This document shows positions 1 through 9,564 of a DNA stretch of 28,435 nt, in pieces. Source of the DNA: a virus (taxonomy: Duplodnaviria; Caudoviricetes). A program made the position numbers and the translations under genes. The stretch lies in IMG/VR virus record IMGVR_UViG_3300027819_000151, positions 1 through 28,435 of that record; one strand, 5' to 3'. The notes below the pieces were generated by a model. That model searched no databases. It had not been told where the DNA came from and saw nothing but the letters and a program-made list of their open reading frames with translations. The stretch's first letter is position 1. Each line of letters begins with the position of its first letter.

Positions 1-599
1 CCCGCGCCGCCCGCGCCGCCGCCGCCACCGCCGCCGTAGGCGGGCGCGCTGAAAGCGGAACAGACGCCACCGGCATAACCGTAACCGGTAGCGCCGCCTG
101 AATCTGCCTGCGTAGCTGCGCCGACAGCGCCGGTATAATTGGCCCCACCACCGGAACCGCCGGCAACGCCAGAACCGCCGGAGCCACCGGAATAATTGCC
201 GCCGCCGCCTCCGCCGAGCGCCGTGATGGTGTCAAAAGTTGAATTCGCACCGCTGTCGGCGGGAACGGAAGTATTGCCGCCGCGGCCTGCACCGCCAGCC
301 CCGACCGTCACCGAATACGAACCAGGCCCGACCGCCCGCACCGCTTGATAGACAAGGCCGCCAGCGCCACCGCCGCCGCCGCCACCGTTTCCAGAACCGC
401 CGCCGCCGCCGCCCGCGACAACGAGGCATTCGACGTTGCTGCTGCCACTCGTCACCGCGAACGTGCCACCCGCGGTGAACGTGTGCACCGTGTACGCGCC
501 GTCTGTCGTGATTGTTCCGCCGGTTGCCATCATCCCGGCGGGCGCAAGCGCAGCCGACACCGCAAGTGCCATCGCGTTGAGGCAGCCTGGTACGGTCAT
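1..599 (-). CDS. Glycine-rich domain protein, putative tail adhesin/receptor-binding protein (3' end runs off the window)
   Basis: Not in the ORF track. The ATG at 599 overlaps the upstream TGA (ATGA). Reads MTVPGCLNAMALAVS...ATGGTITTDGAYTVHTFTAGGTFAVTSGSSNVECLVVAGGGGGG...GGGAGGLVY...YSVTVGAGG, typical of glycine-rich (polyglycine) phage tail-tip domains. Confidence 0.85.
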   Translation of the reverse strand, partial: MTVPGCLNAMALAVSAALAPAGMMATGGTITTDGAYTVHTFTAGGTFAVTSGSSNVECLVVAGGGGGGSGNGGGGGGGAGGLVYQAVRAVGPGSYSVTVGAGGAGRGGNTSVPADSGANSTFDTITALGGGGGGNYSGGSGGSGVAGGSGGGANYTGAVGAATQADSGGATGYGYAGGVCSAFSAPAYGGGGGGGAGGA

Positions 600-1534
600 T
601 TGATGTCTTTCAAGAGCGCGCAGGTCGCGCGCGTGGCCGACTCGACGTAATAGGTGAACACGTCCACCGCGCCCACCGCTGTCGTCAACGCCGGCACGGT
701 GCCGCCTGGGAATTTCCAGAATGCGTTGTATGCCAGGGTTTTCGCCGCGCTGGCGTGCTGCGTGATTACGATGCACCCCGATTGCCCTTGCACCGGATTG
801 GACGGCGCCGAAAGCGTGGAATTCTCCGTCATGGTCATGGTGAAATTGTTGCCGGTGTCGAGGTCGATCGCCGTCGCCCCGGTTGTCGAGGTCAGTCCGG
901 CCGGTGCCGCGCCGCGTTGCGCCTTCGTCCACACTTGCACCAGGTCGAGCTGCGCCAAGGCCGCAAGGGACACCGCAGCCTCTTTAAGTAGCTTACCCGT
1001 CACCCCATCGAAAAGGGCCAGGCGTCCGTCCGCCGAACTTGCAGGCCCAACTACATCCCCGGTCCCTGTGCCGTCCGCACCAGCCGGCCCGGTTGGCCCT
1101 GGTACGGTCGAATCCGCACCCGTCGCCCCGGTCGGGCCTTGCGGCCCTGTGTCGCCTGTGTCACCTTTCAATCCAGAAAGCGCCCCGCCTGGCCCGTTGC
1201 GATGATCCTCGATCGCCGTGACTACGCCGCCCGCCGTGGTGAGCTTGTAGACGCGCCGGTAATTTACCGTGTCGTCCCAATTTGTCGCCGCCGCGCTCGC
1301 GCTGAGTATTCCCGTCGCCACCTCAATGACGACATAATTCGTCGCTGCGTCGGTGAGCGTCAATGTCCCGGCGGCAATTTCGAACCCGCCCCATCGCCCG
1401 CCAAAATAGCCCCAGGTCAGCGCGTTCGTCGTGACAGGATCTTTCGCGTAGACCGTCGCCCAGTCCAGCACTTCGAAATTTTCATTTATCTGCACCTCGG
1501 GCGAAGCTGATGCGTTGATCGTTTGCAGGTTCAT
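596..1534 (-). CDS. Tail fibre protein with short collagen-like Gly-X-Y segment
   Basis: 312 aa. Contains GLKGDTGDTGPQGPTGATGAD..PGPTGPAGADG and a C-terminal beta-rich phage fibre domain (WKFPGGTVPALT..AVDVF). Lies directly downstream of the central tail gene. Confidence 0.8.
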   Translation of the reverse strand: MNLQTINASASPEVQINENFEVLDWATVYAKDPVTTNALTWGYFGGRWGGFEIAAGTLTLTDAATNYVVIEVATGILSASAAATNWDDTVNYRRVYKLTTAGGVVTAIEDHRNGPGGALSGLKGDTGDTGPQGPTGATGADSTVPGPTGPAGADGTGTGDVVGPASSADGRLALFDGVTGKLLKEAAVSLAALAQLDLVQVWTKAQRGAAPAGLTSTTGATAIDLDTGNNFTMTMTENSTLSAPSNPVQGQSGCIVITQHASAAKTLAYNAFWKFPGGTVPALTTAVGAVDVFTYYVESATRATCALLKDIK

Positions 1535-4506
1535 GCAGCTCGCTCCAATGGATAGCCACGGCCGACGCTGGCCGAGATTTGATACAGTCTGTAATGCACA
1601 GCGTCGCCTGGCGTAAGCCCGTCGGCGGCTTGCTCGGCGGCGGTGTAGACGGCCGCGCCAACGGCAGCGCCGATCGTTCGCACCACTGTTGCGTAGGTGC
1701 CATCGGCGTAAATGTCCAGCGCGTAGGCTTCTACCTCCTCGCCCAAAGGCACGCTAATTCCGAGTGTCCCGATAATGCGCACGTCGAACCGGGTACGCCG
1801 TTGCCAGGTGAAGGCAATGTTGTTCGAGGCATCGCGCTTGGCGCGCAAGTCGAACGGCGAAAAAGGTTTGAGCCCGACCGCGATGTCCGTGAACGCCTCG
1901 GCCGTCGCGCTACTTAACGCGCCGCCCAGGGTCACGCCCTTGTAAAAACGGGCAAGGCCGATTTCGCTATTCGTCATCGCGATTCGCCGCATCCCGTTCG
2001 CGGAAAGCGCGACGCACCGTTCGCTTGCTGCGTGACCCGCCATCGCCCACTCGGTGCCGCGCCCGCCGCGCAGCAATCCAGTCAGCTTGTATACGCCAGA
2101 GGAGATGAGCGTCGCCGTGCGGTATTGGATGAACTCGGCCCCGATCATCATCGCGTTGATGGCCTGGCTGTTTAGAAGCGCCGCGCGCGTGGTGCTTTGC
2201 AACTGGCCGAGCCCGACGTCGACCGTGACGCTGTTTTGTTCGTCAAAAATTCGGCCACCGTTCCACGCGCCGAGTGTCGTCGTGCAAGTGCCGAACACGG
2301 CGGGCAAGGGGATGGTCGCCTTGCGGACGTACTCCACATCGTCAACGCTTTGGAAAATCGCCGCGCCAGGCCACGCCGCCGTGTCACCCTTCGCCGCCGC
2401 ATAAAACCCGGCGTCGTTGTCTGCTTCGGCCAGTATTGGAATGTCCATCAATTCCATCAGCGTTACCGGAGGAAACAGCACTTCCGAGCTGGAAATGTAA
2501 TCAACGCTGGTCACCCCTGGGGACACGAGAACCGACGCGGAATCTACAACGGCCTCGAAGTCCAGGACCGGGTAAGAATCAGTTTTTTTCACCAGACGAA
2601 GGCGGAAGCTCTCGCCGTTGACGCCGGCCACCGTTACCACGTCGGTCGGTTCCAGGCGGCAATAATTGCCGAGCAGTTTGATTGTCGTGCTTACCACGCT
2701 CGCCGCTTGATCCGCGAGCATCGTGTCCGCAATGGCCTTGGCTTCGCCAGGCTCCATGCCGAGCGCCATTTGCACCGTATTGACGGTGCCCGATGCCGCG
2801 CTTATCAGCCTGTCGCTGTATTGTGTGTCGGTCTGGTAGTCGTCCAGAATGTTGATGTACGTCAGCGCGATCTGCGCGGGGATCTCCAACTCGTTCGCTT
2901 GCAACAGGGGCAAGGGTTCGGCCTCGCCATCCCCGCCGCTTGCGCCAAGGTCCGCGTAAGGGATGTCCGCGACCGAGGCCACACCGCGAGGGCGGAAGTA
3001 GATTTTGTCACTCACAACCATTTCGAAAAAGAACGCCGACATCAAAAGTTCGAGCGCCGTGCGCGTCGGCGCTATTTGCGAAATGCCAAGCGACGCGACT
3101 TTGCGGGTAATGCTAGATAACGCGGCGGCATCTACCTGCGAAGCCAAAAGGTCCGCGCGCTGGCACAGGGTCTCTACTGCCACCTTAACGGTCGGCGGCC
3201 CTTTTAGAATCGTCGGCGCGCTTGCCATCCACGGCAAGTATCCGGTCGGCGGCGCGTATACGTAATAGGCCGGGTCGGAAATAATCGTGCACCCCGAACC
3301 GTACTTCCATTGCTGCACCATCCCGGCCGGACCCCATGAGCCTGTGATACCGGTGAAGGCAATTCCCTGATCGACGCCATTTATCCAAAGGCCGAGCGTC
3401 CCCGCGTCAAGATCGAGCAACAAACTGGCGCGGCATCCTTGTAAATAGTTGTAGTTGGAAAAATGCGCTTGAACCCCGTTGTGCATCTTGTAGGCGCCCG
3501 AATAGTATCCGCCGCCCCACACCGGAAACAATCCATAGGAATTTTCATTTTCGCCGAGGATATGGCTGCTGTTGGCCGGCCAATCGTTCGGTCGCCAGTT
3601 CTCGTTGCAGATCCCGAGCCCGCCTGGATTGTCATATAGGGCGAATTCGCAATAATATTTTCCGGTCGAATGAAAAACGGTCGGCGCTGCCGAGCCCCAC
3701 GCATACGTCACCCAGGGGCCAGTCACATATAGGTTTGAATTCGGCTTCGCCCACGGCGGCACGATGTCGTAGCCATACCTAAAATTCGCTTCGCCGTTTG
3801 TCCCCTTCGACGTATCGAACGTCGCGAACCCGGCACCGTAGACCATGCCCGCCGCCACCACCTCGAACGTCAGATTCGGAACCTGGCCGCCCTGCCCGAG
3901 TTTCAGCCCTTCGATGAAAACGGAACCGCGCCCACGATAGGCCGGGGCATTGCCGATTCCGACGGCCGCCTCGTATGTTGGATCTGGAAGCTGGTCGTCG
4001 GCGCCTGTATAAACCGTCAGGCGCGTCCACTTGTTCGACACCACGCTGGCCGCGAGGCTTGATTCCGTCGCGTCCGAATCCGCCGTCCAGATCAATTCGC
4101 CATTCATCCAAATGCGGGCGATGCCGATAATCTCGTTGTCGGTAAGGCCAATCAGGCAATCCATGTCGTAGCTGATCGTGGAGCTTGTGACTTCGGTGCC
4201 GCCGCCGCCACCCTTGCCGCCGCTGCTCGTCGTCGTCGTGGTCGTCGTCGGCCGCCGATCTGTGTTCCACCACATTTGCCCTGCGATAGCCGCCGAGCCC
4301 AGGAGGAAAGGAATTGCCTGGCCGTATTCTGAGCCGGTAATTCGCAAATCCATCAATTGCTGCTGCTCGCCCTGGATTTTTTGCGTCGGACTTCCAACAA
4401 GGGCGCCGCCCAACATGGACCCGATCGACCACCCCAAAGCCGTGCCGACGCCGGGGACAATGGAACCGATGACGGCACCTGCCGCCGCAAGAACAAGCTG
4501 TGCCAT
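1531..4506 (-). CDS. Central tail/host-specificity protein (GTA megatron-like) with an inserted SPRY-like domain
   Basis: 991 aa. Motifs YGQAIP..G, SSGGKGGG, RIWMNGELIW, PAYRGR, PNLTFEV and LTGLLRGGRGTE. Follows the NlpC/P60 gene as in GTA-like tail tips. Confidence 0.9.
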   Translation of the reverse strand: MAQLVLAAAGAVIGSIVPGVGTALGWSIGSMLGGALVGSPTQKIQGEQQQLMDLRITGSEYGQAIPFLLGSAAIAGQMWWNTDRRPTTTTTTTSSGGKGGGGGTEVTSSTISYDMDCLIGLTDNEIIGIARIWMNGELIWTADSDATESSLAASVVSNKWTRLTVYTGADDQLPDPTYEAAVGIGNAPAYRGRGSVFIEGLKLGQGGQVPNLTFEVVAAGMVYGAGFATFDTSKGTNGEANFRYGYDIVPPWAKPNSNLYVTGPWVTYAWGSAAPTVFHSTGKYYCEFALYDNPGGLGICNENWRPNDWPANSSHILGENENSYGLFPVWGGGYYSGAYKMHNGVQAHFSNYNYLQGCRASLLLDLDAGTLGLWINGVDQGIAFTGITGSWGPAGMVQQWKYGSGCTIISDPAYYVYAPPTGYLPWMASAPTILKGPPTVKVAVETLCQRADLLASQVDAAALSSITRKVASLGISQIAPTRTALELLMSAFFFEMVVSDKIYFRPRGVASVADIPYADLGASGGDGEAEPLPLLQANELEIPAQIALTYINILDDYQTDTQYSDRLISAASGTVNTVQMALGMEPGEAKAIADTMLADQAASVVSTTIKLLGNYCRLEPTDVVTVAGVNGESFRLRLVKKTDSYPVLDFEAVVDSASVLVSPGVTSVDYISSSEVLFPPVTLMELMDIPILAEADNDAGFYAAAKGDTAAWPGAAIFQSVDDVEYVRKATIPLPAVFGTCTTTLGAWNGGRIFDEQNSVTVDVGLGQLQSTTRAALLNSQAINAMMIGAEFIQYRTATLISSGVYKLTGLLRGGRGTEWAMAGHAASERCVALSANGMRRIAMTNSEIGLARFYKGVTLGGALSSATAEAFTDIAVGLKPFSPFDLRAKRDASNNIAFTWQRRTRFDVRIIGTLGISVPLGEEVEAYALDIYADGTYATVVRTIGAAVGAAVYTAAEQAADGLTPGDAVHYRLYQISASVGRGYPLERAA

Positions 4507-4943
4507 TACACTACCCCCGGCAAGCGATACGCTGCGACAAAGCGTTGCGTGCGGCTCAACATCAATCTTGTTTCGATCACGCGCGGAGGCGACGCGTTGT
4601 TCGCGGCGTGAATGATGGAAAGGCCGCCGTGCGGGTAGTCGCCGAGGATCCCCAGGTGTTGCGGGTGTTGATCGACGACCAGCAGAATCGCGTCACCCGG
4701 TTTCATTTCCGCCTGACTAATCCGCGTCATGTTGGCGTCGCACCACTGCACCATGCTGTGGCCGTCCGGTGTTGGGGTATAGGCGGGCACATCGAAATCC
4801 GGCGCAACCAGGCCGAGTTCCCGCCCGACACAAATCAAAAGGCCGGAGCAATCCATGCCGACTCCAGGTAGACGGCTCATGTGATGGAACGGCGTGCCAA
4901 TGTAGCTGCGCGCGACGCGCATTACGTCTGCTCGGGTCGTCAT
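4506..4943 (-). CDS. NlpC/P60-family tail-associated peptidase
   Basis: ARSYIGTPFHH..R.PGVGMDCSGL (catalytic Cys), HLGI, IIHA. Confidence 0.92.
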   Translation of the reverse strand: MTTRADVMRVARSYIGTPFHHMSRLPGVGMDCSGLLICVGRELGLVAPDFDVPAYTPTPDGHSMVQWCDANMTRISQAEMKPGDAILLVVDQHPQHLGILGDYPHGGLSIIHAANNASPPRVIETRLMLSRTQRFVAAYRLPGVV

Positions 4944-5788
4944 TGCGCCGCCGCCGGTTTGATTAGACTGTTGACGCCCATGCGATGCGGTTCCCCAACG
5001 AAATTAAGCACGTTATTGAATTTGACGCGGCAATCCTCCTCAAGACGCTTTCTGCAACCGGCGACGACCCGGTATGTCCAGCCATAGTTCAGCGCCCCGC
5101 TCATTGGCTGTACAAGCTCGAACGTGCCGCCAGCCACAAAGGTTTTGATTTTGGCGGAGCGCCCGGCGAAGGTGCCGGCAAGGAACGTAATTTCCCCTTC
5201 GTCAAACCACCCGGTCGCCTCGGTGCGGGCCGAATCCCTGAGTGTCGAATTGCTTATCCACGCGGTGATCGTGCCGGTGTACGTGAACCCCGTCACGTCC
5301 TTGCGGCACCTGGCATCGCCCAGGCGCGCCCGGCACGTTTTGCTGCTTGCGTCCCCGACGGGCTGTTGAATGTATTGGCGCAAATCGCGCAGTTCCGCGA
5401 TCACAGAATTCTGCAAAAGCTGGAATTCGCCAACCGTCCCGGCGAGTAGCGTGTCGATCCCGTCGCCCAGAGCCATCCAGTTGTAGCGGAAAATCAGGAA
5501 CGCGGCGTTACGCCACACCCCGCCGAGCACGTCCGCCGTGGTGAACGTGGTCCCGTCGTGCAAGGTGGACAGCTCTAGGTTGCCGACTGCGGCGTCCGCG
5601 GCAATTACGATGTCGGTCGCGTCAAGCCCAGGGTCCGCGCGATAGGTGACGCCGCCGATCACGTCGTCGAGGTCGTGGGAAGTGAACCCGAACACTACGC
5701 TATCGGTGCGGGTGATTTTGAGCGCGATCGCGAGCGTTGTTGACCGCGTAGCAATGTGCGCCGCGAGCGCCGCCGGCAGGGTTTTCAT
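4940..5788 (-). CDS. DUF2163/BR0599-type tail hub protein
   Basis: Likely start MKTLPAALAAHIA at 5788. Motifs FGFTSHD.D, CRARLGDARC, GC.K...C..KFNNVLNF.GEP. Confidence 0.92.
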   Translation of the reverse strand: MKTLPAALAAHIATRSTTLAIALKITRTDSVVFGFTSHDLDDVIGGVTYRADPGLDATDIVIAADAAVGNLELSTLHDGTTFTTADVLGGVWRNAAFLIFRYNWMALGDGIDTLLAGTVGEFQLLQNSVIAELRDLRQYIQQPVGDASSKTCRARLGDARCRKDVTGFTYTGTITAWISNSTLRDSARTEATGWFDEGEITFLAGTFAGRSAKIKTFVAGGTFELVQPMSGALNYGWTYRVVAGCRKRLEEDCRVKFNNVLNFVGEPHRMGVNSLIKPAAAQ

Positions 5789-6366
5789 AGGCGAATCTCG
5801 ACAATGGGAATTGCCGTCCAATCGTAAAGTTTGTAGGCGATCCATTGCGGCAGCATCTTGTCGATATTGAACCGGCACGGAATGTCGAACTGCCCTTGCC
5901 ATCCGGTAGGATTGGCGCCCGCGGTGCGCGTGACAATGCCGGTTGTCATGTCCACGGTGTACGTGCCTCCGCCAGTCACCACCAGGCCGGCGGCCACCGG
6001 CTTCGATATTCGCTTTGGAGTCGCCAGCGCGCCGAACGTGTACATTTTGTGCATCTGCCACGTTGTATCCGTCGTGATGACAGTCAACGCCCCCTGGGCG
6101 CCGATGGCCTGGTAGTCGCTGAAATTCTTGAACCGGAACCCCTTGTGCATTCCAGCAACGCCGTGGAAAAACGCCAACAGGTCGTCCAGTTGGGCTTGGT
6201 TGCGCACTCCGTAGGACACGTCGCCCTCGCAAAGCGGGTATGACCAGTTTTGGTTGCGAACCTCCTTGCCGCCAAGGTTGCGCGCGACGGCCGTGGAATA
6301 GGCTGGCCCGAAATGCGCCCCGGCGGAAATGCTCTCGGGAAAGCGCGGCGTTTCGATAAACTCCAT
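5785..6366 (-). CDS. DUF2460-family distal tail protein
   Basis: MEFIETPRFP..IS.GA..GP.YST.V, G.E.RN..W, FF....G...GFRFK, G.FDIPCRF. Confidence 0.92.
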   Translation of the reverse strand: MEFIETPRFPESISAGAHFGPAYSTAVARNLGGKEVRNQNWSYPLCEGDVSYGVRNQAQLDDLLAFFHGVAGMHKGFRFKNFSDYQAIGAQGALTVITTDTTWQMHKMYTFGALATPKRISKPVAAGLVVTGGGTYTVDMTTGIVTRTAGANPTGWQGQFDIPCRFNIDKMLPQWIAYKLYDWTAIPIVEIRL

Positions 6367-8925
6367 TTAGTTGTTCCTCGCCATTGCCCGCTGCACACCT
6401 TGACCCGCCGCCGCCGCGATCTGCGCTTGCGATCTCCGGTCGGTCGCCCCGGTAATGTGGAACACATTGGTGACGTTGACGCCCGCACCATTCGGCATGA
6501 TGTTTCCAGACGAACTCGGGATGAATAGTTCCGGGCCGCGCTCGCCGACCATATACGGGGTGCCGGCAGTTACCGAGCCGCCCGAGGCTTTGAAAAAGGC
6601 GTCCGCTACAGGCGCCGCGGCCTGGGTGCTTGCCCCGAATAGATTTCCGAGCAACGAACTGAACCCGCCCGCGTTTTCGCCCATTGCCTTCGAAAGAGGG
6701 GCGAGGATGCTTTGCTTGATCGCGACGCGCGTGATGTCCGCGATGATGGAATTCGCGAGCGATTTGAAATCCATCTTACCGGTCTGCGTGAAGTTGACCA
6801 GCGCATCCTCCATATTCTGGAAAGCGCGGGTGAACAGGTCCTCGGTTTGCTTGGCGATGTTTTGCGATTCGTCGTAGTAATTGCGAAGCGCCTCGCTGGC
6901 CCCGTTCGACCATTCGGCTTGACTGGCGTTGATCGCCTTTGTGCGCTCCGTGTACGCAGCGATTTCCTTCGTATAGGTGTCGTTGACGACGGCGAGGTAT
7001 CTATCGAACGTGTCCCGGTCAATCTGCCCGCGGCGCAAATCCCCTTCCAGCCCTTGGCGCGATGTGGTTTGCTTGTCCTCGATCACCCCGATGCCGGCCT
7101 GGTCGGCGCGGAATTTCGCGCCGCGGCCGATCCCCGCTATCTCGCGGGCGTTCTGCTTGTTGATCGTGTCGATGTACGCTTGCGCCGCCTCCGTGGCGTC
7201 GATGTAGGACTGCGCGATCTTTTTGTTCGCGGCGGCCTCTTGAATACCGTTGATCTCGATATTGGCAACGGCGTCAGCGCGCACCTTCGCAAGCCGCGCC
7301 TGCGCATCGGCAATCTTGCGATCGTTCTCGATCTTGTCTTTTCCGACGAGCTGTTCGCGCTGTAGGCGCTCGATCTCCTGCTGGATCGCCGCCTCTTGCG
7401 CTTGGCTGTTGATGTTCAGGAACCCGAGTTTCGAGGCGTAGTATTGTTTTTCGTCGATGAGGTTTGCAGCGCGCCTCGCCTCCATGATCTTTTCGGCGTT
7501 GGCGTACGCGCCGATAGTGGCCTCGCTGCGTTTCTTGATCTGGTCGATGTCGTAGGTGAGCTGCGCCTTGGCTTCGGCAGCAGCAGCCGCCGCCGCTTTC
7601 CCGGAGTCCTTTTTTTGCGCCCCTTCGAAATCGAGCTTGGGCCGCGAACCCGGCGGTGCTTTGGTGAAACCGAAACCGGACGCCGCCTTCGTCTCGCGTT
7701 CGGCAATGCGCGCTTCGAGGAGCGATCCCATCGTTGGCCGCGCCAGGGTCTTCTGTATGTCGGCGTCCGCTTCGGCCAAGGCCGCAACGGCCAGCTTTAT
7801 TTCGCCTTGGAGCAGGAAAGACTTGGCTGCCTCCCATCCCCCGATCGACTTGCCAACAACGAGGAAAGAGCGCGCAACTCCGTCAAACATATCAATAAGG
7901 AAGGCGAGCGACCTGGACGCGGAGTTGGCGAAGTCTTGAATCGCTGTACTGTTCTTGAGGTCCTTCGATCCAGTTTCGACGCCGGCGATTCCCTTGAGCA
8001 AGTCAAGGAACGCGCCGCTCAGATCGTTGTACGCCGGGATCATATCGGTCGCGATGGCCGAGGCATACAGGCTGATCTGCGCGTGCAGCCGCTTCTGCGC
8101 GTCCGAGTATTCGTCTGCCTTGCGGATCTGTTCTTCGGTGAGGATGACTTGCCGCCCGCCCTCCGCCCCAAGTTCCTTGAGGAAGGGCAGCATTTCGGCG
8201 CCCGCCTTGCCGAATAGCGCCATTACGACGGCCGTCTTTTGCGTTCCGTCCTCGAATCCCGCAAGCGCCTTGGCGATGGTTTCGAATTGATCGGCAGGAG
8301 CCAACTGCTTGAACTTGCCCAAATCCAGCCCGAGCGCCGAGATTGCAGCGCCTGCTGCCTTGGAATCGTCGTCAACACCGGTGAGCGCCTTGCTCAGTTT
8401 CGCCGAAGCGCCGACTACGGCCTCCATGCCAATACCGCCGACGGCGGCGGAAACGGCAAGCGATGCAATGTTCTCCGAGGTGTCGCCGATTTTCTCGGCC
8501 ATATCCTGAAAGTCGCCGGCCTTTTTGACCAGGTGGTCTAGCGCCACGGCAGCGGCGATGAATCCGGTGGCGGCTGCCGCCCCCAACATGAGCAAGCCGC
8601 GCCGCGCCTCCTGCCCGATGGTGACCCATTGTTTGTGCCGCTCGGTCATCCTCAAGGCCGCGTCGGCTGCTTTCAATTGCGCCTCGGTTGCTCCGCGCAG
8701 GCCGAGCTTGAGCAATTCGGCTTCGCGCGCAGACTTGCCGATGGTCTGCGACTGGATGCCGAGCGCGCGCACATATTTGTCGATAGACGCGCTGGTGCCT
8801 TTCGTCACATTGGACGCGGCGATCCCGAGACCCGCGAGCGAGCGTTTCGCGTCCTCTAGCCCAGCCTTGAGCTTGGTAGAGTCTGCCGATACCTCGATGA
8901 CTCCCCTGCCGATTACGTCGCTCAT
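6367..8925 (-). CDS. Tail tape measure protein
   Basis: Likely start MSDVIGRG at 8925, with GAGGG upstream. Ala-rich helical protein, lambda-like C-terminal FKSLANSIIADI, ends with ASGGSV..G.PYMVGERGPELF. Confidence 0.93.
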   Translation of the reverse strand: MSDVIGRGVIEVSADSTKLKAGLEDAKRSLAGLGIAASNVTKGTSASIDKYVRALGIQSQTIGKSAREAELLKLGLRGATEAQLKAADAALRMTERHKQWVTIGQEARRGLLMLGAAAATGFIAAAVALDHLVKKAGDFQDMAEKIGDTSENIASLAVSAAVGGIGMEAVVGASAKLSKALTGVDDDSKAAGAAISALGLDLGKFKQLAPADQFETIAKALAGFEDGTQKTAVVMALFGKAGAEMLPFLKELGAEGGRQVILTEEQIRKADEYSDAQKRLHAQISLYASAIATDMIPAYNDLSGAFLDLLKGIAGVETGSKDLKNSTAIQDFANSASRSLAFLIDMFDGVARSFLVVGKSIGGWEAAKSFLLQGEIKLAVAALAEADADIQKTLARPTMGSLLEARIAERETKAASGFGFTKAPPGSRPKLDFEGAQKKDSGKAAAAAAAEAKAQLTYDIDQIKKRSEATIGAYANAEKIMEARRAANLIDEKQYYASKLGFLNINSQAQEAAIQQEIERLQREQLVGKDKIENDRKIADAQARLAKVRADAVANIEINGIQEAAANKKIAQSYIDATEAAQAYIDTINKQNAREIAGIGRGAKFRADQAGIGVIEDKQTTSRQGLEGDLRRGQIDRDTFDRYLAVVNDTYTKEIAAYTERTKAINASQAEWSNGASEALRNYYDESQNIAKQTEDLFTRAFQNMEDALVNFTQTGKMDFKSLANSIIADITRVAIKQSILAPLSKAMGENAGGFSSLLGNLFGASTQAAAPVADAFFKASGGSVTAGTPYMVGERGPELFIPSSSGNIMPNGAGVNVTNVFHITGATDRRSQAQIAAAAGQGVQRAMARNN

Positions 8926-8935
8926 GCTGGATCCC

Positions 8936-9256
8936 TCATGTCTTGCTCCGGTTTTCGCGCATCGTGGCGAGCGCGGTTTCTTCCATCGTGCGCAGGCTCT
9001 CGAACAGGCCAAGGCGTTCGCTGGCGGGGATGCCGATCATGCGCATCACCAGCGGGACCACGTTGTAGTCGAGGCCCACCGCGCCCACCGCCCCGATTCG
9101 CCATTGCGTTGACATAGCGACGAACACCTCGACCGCCCGCGCGTTGTCGGGCCAGATTTCGGTTTCCGGTGTCGCCTCCTCCAACGTGAGGCCAAACGCC
9201 TTCGCCTCTGCCGCGCTCGGCCCAGGCGTGTAAAGCGCGACCGAGGCGGCTTTTAG
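8936..9256 (-). CDS. DUF1799-like tail assembly chaperone C-terminal part (gpT analogue), reached by -1 frameshift
   Basis: EIWPDN..AV.VF.AMSTQWR....G.VGLDY motif. Lies in the -1 frame relative to the upstream chaperone. Confidence 0.85.
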   Translation of the reverse strand, partial: LKAASVALYTPGPSAAEAKAFGLTLEEATPETEIWPDNARAVEVFVAMSTQWRIGAVGAVGLDYNVVPLVMRMIGIPASERLGLFESLRTMEETALATMRENRSKT

Positions 9257-9564
9257 TTTTTTAGTTTTGACTGGATGAGCTGGTCGACATAGACGCGGTA
9301 CGTCGAGAGCGCCGTGCCGATATAATTTTCGAGCAGCGTTTCGACGTTTTCCCTGTTGAACGGATCCTCGAGATCCCATCCCTCGACCATTTCCATGAAC
9401 GAGTCGATGTCGCCTTTGTCCGAGCGCGACTTGATCCATTCGTCGAGCACCGTCTTCGTTCGGTGCTTGAACACGAATTCGATGGGCACTTCTGGCCCAC
9501 CGGCCACAGGAATCCCAACCTTCGCGCGGAAGGTGGGGTTTGCAACGAGCTTGAGCTTTGCCAT
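9253..9564 (-). CDS. Tail assembly chaperone (gpG analogue)
   Basis: 103 aa. NPTFRAKV.IP, VEGWDL..PFNREN...LL.NY. Lies between tail tube and tape measure genes. Confidence 0.9.
   Translation of the reverse strand: MAKLKLVANPTFRAKVGIPVAGGPEVPIEFVFKHRTKTVLDEWIKSRSDKGDIDSFMEMVEGWDLEDPFNRENVETLLENYIGTALSTYRVYVDQLIQSKLKN
9256..9262 (-). other. -1 frameshift slippery heptamer A AAA AAC of the tail chaperone
   Basis: Minus strand CTA AAA AAC TAA. The -1 frame continues L-K-A-A-S-V-A-L-Y into the DUF1799-like ORF, giving a fusion of about 209 aa. Confidence 0.85.

Noticed and set aside
1-420. Dense (GCC)n/(CCG)n runs resembling a microsatellite or repeat array
   Set aside because: They are the glycine codons of the minus-strand glycine-rich gene.
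3225-3835. Variable tail segment as a diversity-generating retroelement target
   Set aside because: No reverse transcriptase and no template repeat copy was seen in the window.
8926-9012. Upstream extensions given by the ORF track for tape measure, portal, protease, DUF2163 and neck genes
   Set aside because: The extensions overlap upstream genes and lack family motifs. Downstream ATGs with RBS or stop/start coupling fit better.
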